From assembly GCA_965603825.1 (NCBI GenBank), contig CBFDEM010000061.1, forward strand, positions 62,001-126,000: a stretch of DNA of 64,000 bases, in the 5' to 3' direction. Within the stretch, counting starts at the first letter, position 1, and every line of letters begins with the position of its first letter. A program made the translations under genes and the position numbers. Positions 49,964 through 62,200 of the stretch are shown here, piece by piece. Below the pieces are notes generated by a model, which was not told where the DNA came from, ran no database searches, and was given only the letters and a program-made list of their open reading frames with translations. The stretch is from Blepharisma stoltei ATCC 30299 (lineage: Eukaryota; Protista; Ciliophora).

Positions 49964-52900
49964 TTATTTAATTTTTGCTATCTCGCATGAATTGACCTTT
50001 AAAAATTTTTGTTTTTCTAGCTTATACTTGATAATCTTATATAACGTCCTTACAGAAATAACTATTGAAGCTAAAATCTGAATTCCCATAATAGCTATTA
50101 CAATTGATACAATCACTTCCTCAATAATTGACAAATTTTCTTGGTCTAAATTAAATAAATAAATAGAAATAGTGGTCATTATGAAAAAAATACCTATTTC
50201 AGTCAATAAATTACAAATTTGTAAAGTATAGTCTTTAAATGGCCAAAAGAAAAATAAATGCATTATAGTCATTATTGAAAGAACGACATTAATTGTTACT
50301 TCAGTTTGTGGATAGTTTCTTAAGAAGACCAAACTTATGATATAGATAAGTCTCCTTATAAAAAATACAAAATAATACTGTGTTGCAAGTAACCCTCGAT
50401 CAGTTCGAAATTCATAAAAAAACGAGCTAAATCGTCTATTAAAGGTTTTTTCTCGCGACTGGATCCTATTTTTATTTTTATAAGAAAACCAAAAAAACAC
50501 TGCTGGAGCAATAGCATGCAAAATATAAATAGCTATACATATAAGAAAATTCGCTATCTGAGTGATATTATTAAATCCAAAAGTAATAAGTCCAATACTT
50601 GCAGCTGCTCCTAGTTCTAAATAGCATTGTATCCAAAATCTCAAATAAAAGGCAAACTGATAAGCCTTCACAGTTTTCATAAATTTCTTACCAATTCATC
50701 TGAATGAGCATTGAGAAAAAAATAAAATAATAGGAAAAGCTAAAAATGAAGCCAATATAAGCGTAAAATCATTTCCAGTATTTAATAGTATCAGATCAGT
50801 ATCAAAACCAAACTCTTTTGCTTGAGAATACGGAGTTTTTCCTTCATCTTTATTCGTAATATATATAAATGCATTTGGGAATAAGTTAAAGGAGTTCAAG
50901 CTATTCAAAAAAGCGCTTATTTTTTTAGACAAAGGGATCCCTGATAATGTCAAGTAGCTGAGGATTTGTAAAGTATTCATCATGCTCCATAGAGAGCTCG
51001 GATTAGGATTGATAATCGACAAAGCAGCTACTAAAGCAACAGTCGTCTGAGCTATTGTTTCTGCTTGAGAACTGACTGCAGCAATAGTAGGCGAATATGG
51101 AGCAGGGTCATAAGAATTTAAAGATGCTGAAATTTCTGACGAATTTAAGAGCCCATTTGAGACTGATCTCACTTCTGTCAAATTTAAAAACTCAAGCGTA
51201 GCTAATGTCCCTTTAGATACTTCTTCTGTAATTTTTATAGTAATATAATAGCAAGTATTATTCACCTCCTCAATTTTATAGGAAATATTTCCTAGCTTTG
51301 CAATTTTTATGGTAAAATCATTTGTAGTAAGTTTTTTAGCAAGACTGTCTGAAAAAGTGAGATACAGAGAATTATCTGATAAAACGGAGAGTTTTGCTGA
51401 AAAAGGAACTAAAATACAATTTTTAGTACCGTTATAGCCTATATTGCAATAACAGAGATTATTAATTAGACTCGCATTTTCTACACAAGCAGAGCATTTA
51501 GTAAGGGATTCACAAATAGTGCAGTAATTTGGACAAGGATAAAAAATTCCATTAGGATCTCTAAATCCACCAGCCTCAAGAGGAATGCAGCTGCTATTAT
51601 TGGAAGCATCTAATACATAATTTATGTCACAGATACAGGAATCAGGATTAATCGCATACTCTTTGCAAGCTGAGCATCCAGAAGCTGAATAATCAGTGCA
51701 GACGTCACATAATAAATTACTACAAAGCGAACATGTAGATCGCCAATCTCTGCAAGTTTTTTTGCATTTAATATTGCAATTATAGCATTTATTATATGCA
51801 GGGCCACTCCAATATTCATTTATTTTGCAGTTAGGTATGCATGCTTGGCTGATAGGACAAACACTGCAAGGTTCGATGCAAGATGTTGTCGATAGACTAG
51901 ATATTGATTTTGCTGTATTAAATATTTGAATAGTATAAATAAAGCCTTGATAAAAATTATAAACTGCTGACGAGCTAATTTGAGCTCCTATAGCCATTGT
52001 GGTATGAGGACCTATATCAAGAAAAGCTCCATAACCTGTCATTCCTGATGAATCAAGCACTCCATTGATATAGCAGGAAATCTTATTGTAGCCATTTTGA
52101 GCAGCTTCTAATGTATATACAATATGGCTTCATTCATAGTTATTGAGTGATGCTTGACATGAGTAAAAGAAAGGGGATGAGCTTATTAGGAGAGAAATTG
52201 CAGGTTTACTGCTTATTAATGAGATAAAATAAAGAGCTGAGTAATTATCAGAAATGCTATTTTTTGACAATAGAGCTGAGAATGATGTTTCGGTGTTTAA
52301 CCATATAGAAATAGTAAAGGTTGGGGCTATAATGAGTTTTGGAGATGTATAATTTGAAAATTCAGGTAGCCTTAAAACTGAAGACTGACCATTAAATCAG
52401 AATCCTCTCAGATAAGCAGGGATTGGGTCGTCAGGTTCATAATTTGGATAAAATTTATTAGTAGAGCCAGTAACAACCGGTATCGAGCTTGCTTTATCAT
52501 AAATGACTCCATTTAGAGTATTCAAATCTAAATCAAAAATTTTCTCCTGCACGCACCCATTTGCAGATAAAGAATACCCTGACGGGCAGCCGCCTAAACA
52601 AATTCCAGTAATCTTATAATAGCTATCAGCACATTCCAAGCAATCCAAATAGCTAGCAGAAGTACATGTTTTGCATGAGACATCGCATTTTACACAGATA
52701 TTTGTCCCAGGATTGATAATATACCCCGTTGGGCATGCAGTTAAGCATTCACCAGTATCTCCATAGAAAAAATATCCTGAAAAGCATGCTTTGCATTCAT
52801 GAGAAGTTGAGCCTGTACATTGAGAGCACCCAGTATAGCACGCAAAACATGAAAATCCATCAGAAGACACCCCATATCCAGGATTACAAGCACATACCCC

Positions 52901-55900
52901 TACATTTAAACTCGCATTAATAACACACTGAGTGCATTTTCCTGAGTCAAATCCTGTACATTTCAAGCATAATAAATCATAACAAATATTGCAGGTATTT
53001 CCCCTTACACATCCAAGGCTGCATGAATTGCAGGATACACAGTTCGCACCATCATAATAATGAGACAAATCACAAGACCATAAGCAAGCTGACCCTGATC
53101 CACAAGCTGCATTTATATAGCTGGAAAAATCAGTTATTGGAGTATTTCACATCTGAAAAGACCTAACGAATCCAACAAAACCTGATGTGCTGCTTTTTCC
53201 AATTGTTATAGTGCTTGTAGCACTATCTCTAAAAATCCTATCTGGAACTAGAAGTGATGAGAGAGCAGCGCCATTCATATAGATTGCTAAAGTAGTTTGC
53301 CCTAGATAATAAATAGAGGTGACTGATAAGTACTTTCAAGTGTTGAGTAGACCTGATGAGGACAAAGTTACAGGAATATTGGTATTATTCCAAAGTTGAA
53401 GTCTAATAGTAAAGCTCCCCAATGAAGAATAATTAATCAAGATAGATTTTTGCATTCAGCTACCATCAATAATTACATAAATTCAAGCCCCTAAAGAAAA
53501 ACTATGAAACAATTGAGGGTTTGTTCAGGTTGATAAATGCTTACTTCCATCAAAAAATAAGCCTCGCTTATATGCAGGGATAGGATCAAGAGCCTCAGGG
53601 TTATTAAAAAACTGAAAGGACACGAAATCTGTACCTGTTACAAAAAGTCCGTATTGGCCTAGAAAATCTCCATCAAAAGATAAATCGATGACAGCAGTTG
53701 ACACTGGTGAGCAGGGAGATCCAAACCCATAAGGACAGCGACTAAAGCAGACTGTCCCAATCAAAAAATTTGTTCCTGAACACGCTGAGCATTCAAAATA
53801 AGCTGTTTTCAAACAAGTTGAGCAGAAATTATCACAAATTTCGCAAGACTGTGATGAAGATACCCAGAAAGCATTATCTGCACATTTACAGCCCCCAGCT
53901 CCATCACTTACAGCATTTGTAATACAAGTTAGGCATGAATTCGCCCCTGAAAATGCAGTGCAGGTAGCACATTCTTTTGTCTTGCATAATCTGCAGGTAT
54001 CAGAATTTCTGCATCCTTTAGTGCAAGTATCTATACAGTTTTTGCATATAGATCCGTCAAAATATTGATTAATTGAACAGCTGTCCAGACAAGTTAAATC
54101 TCCTGCACATTTTGAGCAATTTCCTAAACATCCTGAAGTAACATAAAAAGTGTCTCACGAGTTTGTTATAGGGATAAGCTTAACTTTCCATGCAAATCCA
54201 GTGAATCCTGAGCTATAGTGCCCTAGATATAGATCTCCTGATGAGCTGTCTAATGGATAAAGAGGAATTGTAGATGAAGAGGTGGCCAGGTTGGCTGTAT
54301 CAATATAAGATTTTGCAGTAGTTGTCCCATCAGAATTAATATCACAATCAAATACAATGAAAAATCAATAATTTAGGGCGCTTGATGCACCTGTTACAGA
54401 AAGAATTGTAGAAGAGTCTGAGAGGAAAACAGAAAGTTCTGGCTGTCCTGAAGGCAAAATTTTCACAGACCATTGGGTTGTACCTGATATATACTTGATT
54501 AAGAGGAGACCATCTGTAATAGGCCTTATTCAGGCTGTGATAGAATGAGAAGGTGAAAGCATATAACTTGTTTTTAAATAGCTGCTAGGGTTAAAATAAT
54601 ATCCCCGATTATAAGCTGGATAAGGATCATTAGGGTCATAATTTGGATATGAATTGATATTCGATGATCCTACGTCTTTTCCAGAAATTGAGTCCAAAAG
54701 TATTATCTTAGGAAATAAAAATAGATAAATATAATCAACACCAAGATCACAGCTATTTGTTGTAGAGTTTTGGGTATATCCTGTTGGGCATTCCGGTAAA
54801 CATTGTATATTAAGAAAGTAATAGCCTATTTGGCAGCTGGTACATTCGTAATATTCAATTCCAGTACAAGTTTGACATCCTGGTCAGCAAACGAGGCGGG
54901 AAATTTTAGGTATTTGATTAGAAAAATGATCTTTGCACATTGATAAAGAATAACCGTAGCATGAACTGCAATCTGTGGAACTACAAAAACTACAGTCACC
55001 GCCTCTAATGCACCAAGGCCAAGTTGGACAGTCAGCCTCGCAATTTTGACAAGCAGATCCATCTCAATATTGATTATTAGTGCAATCAATAGTGATAGTC
55101 ATAATCCCATAGTTTATATTGCTATCAGCTCTTGCTTGAATCCAATAAATAAATCCTTTAAATGAGTTGTTTCTGCCTGTATTTCCAAAAGTCCATATAT
55201 AAGTCTCAGTTGGAAAACTTATTTCAGAGTTACTTAGCATTACTTTTCCAGCCTCATTCCCATCTATATAAAAGGTTATGGAGCCTAAATCACAACACAA
55301 CTGCGACAGAGAAACTGAGAGTGAGTGCCAAGATAACGAATATTTAACAGAGGAGGCTCCAGATACTGCTATTTGAGCCCCATTGGAGTTAAAAATTAAT
55401 GCACTAATTTTATAATAGCCAGAGATATCTGCTCATATCCTCACATATTGTGTTGAATTTATTTGTATATTTAAAATTTCTCCACTTCCCAAAGGCTTGA
55501 TTATCAAATTTAAAATAAAATAAAGGCCAGGTGTATAGCTCTGATTGCTTGTCATACTTGATGTATTAGCAAAATAAAAGCCACGATCTAAAGTCGGAAG
55601 TGGAGAATTTTGTGTTTCAGAAATATATGGGATTCCTCCTGGGTTCACAAATTTCTTATTAGAATCATTTAGATCTGACACATAAGTTAAAGTTAAATCT
55701 TGAACCTTTGATAGTATTAATGTGAATAAAATTGCATCGCTGCCAGTAGGCTTACTACAGTAGCTAAATCATCCTATATCAAAATACTGTTGATAGAAAT
55801 AATAAAGTGTAGGACATCCAGCTGCACATACTTTGGAATCCACCATAAATTTTGGGTTATTACACCCAGATCCTCAGCTATCATATGGGCAGCTTGAAAG

Positions 55901-55942
55901 AGTCAATACAATTTGAGAGACAACAAAGAAGAGCCAGCTCAT
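49964..55942 (-). CDS. Giant-family paralog G (~1,992 aa; 4 LamG-like modules; sister of B)
   Basis: ATG at 55942 gives MSWLFFVVSQIVLTLSSCPYDSW. Fragments 55433, 55064, 53525, 52397, 50696 and 49964 are in one frame. Ends TAA TAA. Confidence 0.87.
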
Positions 55943-56232
55943 TAATTTTTTTATTAGAAGTTGAAGAAATTTTGAAATTAAGATAATTTAAATTCAGGAT
56001 AACAATTATTTTTATTGTTGTTTTGAAAGGCGCAAGGTTTTAAAATGCTTTATAGTGCCCGGAGAAGAATATCAGAAGCCATGAAATTAGTATATAAAAA
56101 AGGCTTAATATTTCTAGAGTCGCCTAAATTAAAAACATAAGATAATTATTTGCTTAAATTTAAATAATATGCTAATAAATTGATTGCTTCAATTCATAAA
56201 CACATAATTTAAAATATATAAATTTATTATTT

Positions 56233-59200
56233 TTAAGATTCTAAAGTCTGTTTTTTATACTCATAAGGATTTTTTTTCATAATTCCTGCTTTGGTAAGTT
56301 TATTCTTGATCACTCCATATAAAGTTTTTCCAAAAATGGCAATTGATGCGCATGACTGTATTCCAATAGCTGTTACTACAGTCGCTATAATAGCGTTTTC
56401 CACAATTGAAACAATTTCCTGCTCTAAATCAAACAAATATACCGATGTTGCACTCATTATTAAAAAAATCAATATTTCCGTCAAAAAATTGCTCACCTGT
56501 AAAATAGAATCTTCAAAGGGTCAGAAAAATCATAAATGCATAATAGTCATCAGCGACAGGACAATATTAATAGTCACTTCTGTTTGAGGGAAATCCCTTA
56601 AATATACCAAATTTATTATATAAATAAGTCTCCTCAAAAAAAATACACAGTAATACTGTGTTCCAAGTAGCCCACGATCAGTCCGAAACTCATAAAATAA
56701 AGAACTAAATGATGCAAAAAATGATTTTTCTCGTGACTGGATCCGATTTTTATTTTTATAGGAAAACAAAAAAAATGCAGGTGGGGTGAGAATCAGCAGT
56801 ATACAAACTGCTGAACATATAATAAAATTGTTAAGCTTTGTGACATTACTGAATTCAACACTAAGAAGCCCTATAGCTGAAGCAGCTCCTAATTCAAGGT
56901 AGCATTGTATCCAAAATCTTAAATAAAACGCAAACTGATAAGCCTGAACCGTTTTTCTGAATTTTTTACCAATTCATTTATAGGAGCATCGTGAAAAAAA
57001 GTAAACAATTGGCAAAGCTGAGATTGACGTCAATAACAGTGTAAAATCATTTCCTGTCGTTATAAGGATAAGATCAGATTCAAATCCAAAATCCTGGGCT
57101 TTAGAATATGGAGCATTCCCTTCATTTTCATCTATAAAATACTGGAAAATATTTGGAAATAAATTATAAGAGTTCAAATTATTCAAAAATGTGCTGATTT
57201 TGCTTGATAAAGGGATACCTGACAAAGTCAAATAGCTGAGAATCTGCAAAACGTTCATTATGCTTCATAAAGAACTTGGGCTTGGATTTAGCACAGATAA
57301 AGCTACAGCACCAGACACTGCGATGAGAGCTGCTGCTTTAGCTTGTGAAGCAATTGTTGACACAATTGGAGAATAAGGTGCTGGGTCATATGAATTTAAA
57401 GCTGCAGAAATTTCTGATGAATTTAAAATCCCATTAGAGACTGATCTAATATTATTTAAATTCAAAAACTCGAGAGTAGCTAGTGTCCCTTTTGCAATTT
57501 CTTTTGAAATTGATAGAGAAATATAATAGCAGGTACTATTAACTTGCTCAATTTTGCATGAAATTTTTCCTTGATTTTCAATTGTAATAGTAAAATCAGT
57601 GACTGTTAAATTGTTTGCTAAACTCTCTGAAAAATAAAGATATAGAGAATTATCAGATAAAGCTTTGAGATTTGCATAAAAAGAAACCGAAATGCAAGAT
57701 TTGGTACCATTGTAACCACTATTACAATAGCAAAGGTCGTTTTTTAGGCTTGCATTTTCTTTACAGGCTGAGCATTTGGTCAGGGATTCACAAGCTGCGC
57801 ATAAACTAGGGCATGGGTAAAAATATCCATCTGTGCCTTTGAATCCGCCTGATGGAATCGGGATACATGTGCTGTTATTGGAAGGGTCCAGCACATAACT
57901 TGTATCACAAGTACAAAAATCAGAGTTAATAGCGTTCTCTTTGCAAGTAATGCAGCCTGAGGAAGAGCAATCAGTACAATCTTTACATAGAAGATTATTG
58001 CAAAGTGAACAAGTAGGTTGCGAGTCCTTACAAGTAGTTTTGCAATTAAAATCACAATTATTGCATTTATTATAAGCAGGGCCACTTCAATATTCTTTTA
58101 TTTTGCAGTTTGGAATGCATACTTGGCTGATAGGACAAACACTGCAGCTTTCAGTACAAGATGTAGTTGATAGGCTTGATATAGGTTTTAGTGCATTAAA
58201 AATCTGAACAGTATAAATAAAGCCTTGATAATAATTATAAACTGCTGAAGAGCTAATTTGAGCTCCTATAGTCATTGTGGTATGAGAGCCTATATCATTA
58301 AAAGTTCCATATCCTGTCATTGCAGAATAATCAAATATCCCATTAATATAGCTTGACATTATATTATAGCCACTTAGAGCTTCCAATGAAAATTCTAAAT
58401 GGTTCCACTCATAGCTAGTAAGTGAGGTTTGGCACGAATACACAAAGGGAGACGTGTTTATTATTAGAGAAATTGCTGGCTTGTTCGACATTATTGAGAT
58501 AGAATAAAGAACTGAATAATTATCAGTAATACTGTATTTCGATAATAGAACAGAATTAGGGCTCTCAATGTTTAGCCATATAGAAATTGTGAAGGTAGGA
58601 GTGACTAAAAGCTTTGGTGATATATAATTGGAATACTCAGGCAGCCTTAAAAGGGAAGACTGCCCATTAAATCAAAATCCTCTTAAATAAGCTGGAATTG
58701 GATCATCAGCTTCATAGTCTGGGTAAAACTGTATAGTAGATCCAGTAACAACTGGGATCGAGTTTGCTTTATCATAAATGACTCCATTCAGAGTGTTCAA
58801 ATCCAAGTCAAAAATTTTTTCTTTACTCTTAATACATACACCAGAAGAAGGAGAATACCCTGCTGGACAGACTGCTAGGCATACCCCTGAAAACATATAA
58901 TACCCACTTTTACACATTAAACAGTCTAAAGGACTAGACGATGTACAGGTTTTACAAGAAATATCACATAACTCACAGCTTTCATCATTAGTATTCCAAT
59001 AATACCCACTATTGCATTGACAGTTTACACCTATTAGGTTTGCATTTGTTTTACAAGTAATGCAGGTATTTGTAAAGTCATCACAAATTTCACATATTAC
59101 GTCTTGGCAAAGATTACAATTTTTATCACTTCTTACACAACCAATCCCTCAGCATACTGTTAAGCATGGCGTACAGCTGTTACCATTTCAGTAACTGTCA

Positions 59201-62200
59201 ATTAGACAGCTATCTAAGCATGTATTAGCGTTATCAATTGGACATAATGAGCACCCATTGCAAGTGCTTGAGAATAAAGGGCTAGCTGGTGTATTATAGA
59301 TTTTTAAATCCCATAAGAAGCCTTTGAAAAATGAAGTCAGAGTTGCAGTGTCAAAGTGGCTTGCTCCAATTGTTATGAAGAATGAATTTTCTAAATCATT
59401 TAGCCAGCTTGCGTGCAGGTCACTTGATGTATCGGTGACTCCGTTAATAGATAAACTTATGGTTTGCTGAGGGGTAGAGCTTGTGCTAGAAATTGCTGAT
59501 ATAAAATTCCATTGAGAAAGGGCGACTTGTAATGAAGGATTTGAGCTTGTATAGGATACAGTAGAAGAATCTTTTAAAGAAATAGTAAGTGATGGAGCTT
59601 TATTTATCAGTTCAAGACAGACATATTTTTCAAACAGACCACTATTGGCTTGCTTGGAAAAAATAGTCGCTGTGGCAGTAATTGGCTTTATTCAGGACGA
59701 TATAGTGAATTTTGGAGAAAAAGTAAACAACGGTGATGAAGTGGCTGTATAAGGAGGCAGCTGCATATAAGCTGACCCAGAAAAATAATACCCTCTATAA
59801 ATAGCTGCGATTGGGTCAGTTGTATCATAATTCGGATAAAACTCATTATCTTTGCCTGTAAGTACTGGAATACTCGAAGCTAAATCGACTACAATGTCCT
59901 TTATTTGATGAGGCCTCAAATTAAATACTAAAAAATTACTATAAGCAGGGTCACTATCACAATTGCTACCATTTATAATATACCCAGTAGAGCAAAAAGT
60001 AATACATAAAGACTGAATAAGATAATTCCCTGATATACATGTAATGCAGCCATTATATTTAATAGTAGAACAAGACGCACAAATAGCATTGCAAAATTCA
60101 CAGGTCTTAGAACTTGACACTCATACTGCGTTATCAAGACATTTACAATGCCCAGCCAATTTATAAGCATTTGTGATACAGTTTATGCATTCTCCTGAAA
60201 AGGTGGTGCACGAGTAGCATTCTTTGTCCCTGCAAAGCCCACAGGTAAACCCACTGACGCAGCCTTGGCTGCAGCTTGAACAAGCTGTGCAGCTGTCTGG
60301 ATATTTATTAAAATCACACTCACTTAAACATTGATAGTTTGCAGGACAAACAGAGCAGCCAGTTGTGCAAGAAGAAGTAGCATAATCATCAAACTCGTGA
60401 CTATAAGAGTTATATATGTTTAGCCGAGCTAAAAATCCATATAATCCTGAGCTAGTAAAAGTTTCATCATTTCCTATATATAGAGATCCTGCATTGGTGT
60501 CTTTAAAAAAAGTCAAAGTTGTTGTCATGGTAGTGCTAGCAGGAGATGCTGCATTATTTATATAGAGAGCTAATTTTGTTTTCCCATCAGATTGGACTTG
60601 TCCAGTAAAGCTTATAAAGTGTCAGCTGTTTAAAATACTTGTAGAAGCTGTCAGAACTAAAGATGAATTATCATTAAATTTGATAGAAAGCTCTGGATAT
60701 CCTGAGGAATCTACATTTATTTTAAAAATGCCACTGGAAGTGTATTTAGTCATTAAAATCCCAGCACCAAGCGGTTTAGTTCATATAGAAATTGTAAATG
60801 ATGGAGCAATCATAACAGTAGAAGACATATAGTTGTTGTGGTAAAAATAATAGCCTCTTTTATAAGCAGGGATTGGGTCTTTGGAATCAGATCAATTTGG
60901 ATAAGCATTACTATTATCAGAACCTACATTAAAGCCAGAAACTGTGTCAAAGCGAATCTGGTCTGTTAAATCTAGACTTACCCCGACCACAGATGCATAA
61001 TCACATATATTTGTCCCTGAATTCGTGCTGTACCCAGACGGACACTCATTTAAGCATTGTCCGGTATTTTGAAATAAATAAAGCCCTGAATAGCAGGCAG
61101 TGCATTTATTATAGCCTGTATCTGTACAATGGCTACAACCACTGTAGCATGCCACACATGAAAATCCATCAGGAGAAGTACCATAGCCGGTAATGCAGAC
61201 ACATGGACCAGGAGCGCCATTAGCATAAGTAACACATTGAATGCATTTCCCTGAATCAAAACCGGTACAGATAGCGCATAATAGATCATTACAAATATTG
61301 CATGTAGCTGCCCTGACACATCCTTTGCTGCAGGAATTACAAGCTAAATAGTTCGTTCCGTCATAATAATGAGATAAATCACAAGACCACAAGCAAGAGC
61401 TGCCTGAGCTACAAAGTCCATTTATATAGCTTGAAAAATCACTTATCGGCACATTTCACAGCTGAAAACTGTTAATAAACCCCACAAACCCAGGAGAGCT
61501 GCTTCTTCCTACCCATAAGCTTCTAGCTACATTATCCCTAAATATCCTATTTGTTACAGGAGTAGTTGCAGCAGAAGCTCCATTAATATAAATAGCTAAA
61601 TTTGTAACAGCTAAACTATAGCTAAAAGTGACTGATAAATAAGTCCACCCTGAAAATACAGTACTTGAAGTCAATGATTGAGTGTCGCTGCTTTGTAATG
61701 GGTCTTCCATATTGACTGTAATAGTTACTGCTGTAGATAAGGAAAGGAGAAATTGTTTTTGGAATCAGTCACCGTTAGAAATTACGTAAACTCAGGCTCC
61801 TATAGAGAAACTGTGAGAAATCAAGATGTTGGAGGAGGTAAGGACCATAGTCCCATCAAAATAGAGGCCTCGCTTGTAAGCTGGGATTGGGTCAAAAGTT
61901 TCTGGGGTGTTAAAAAAGTTATAAGATAAAGAGCTGGTGCCTGTGGTGAAAATTCCATATAAGCCTTGAAAATCTGTAGTAAAGGATTGGTCTATGACTG
62001 CTGTTGATACTGGCAAGCAAGAAGTTCCATATCCATAAGGGCAGCTGTTAAGACAGACTGTGCCAACTAATTGGTAGCTTCCTGAACAAGTAGAGCACTC
62101 AAAATACGTATTTTTCAAGCAAACCGAGCAAAGCATATCACAAATTTCACATGTCTCTGAAGAATATATCCACAAGCTATTTTGTGCACATGTGCAGCCA

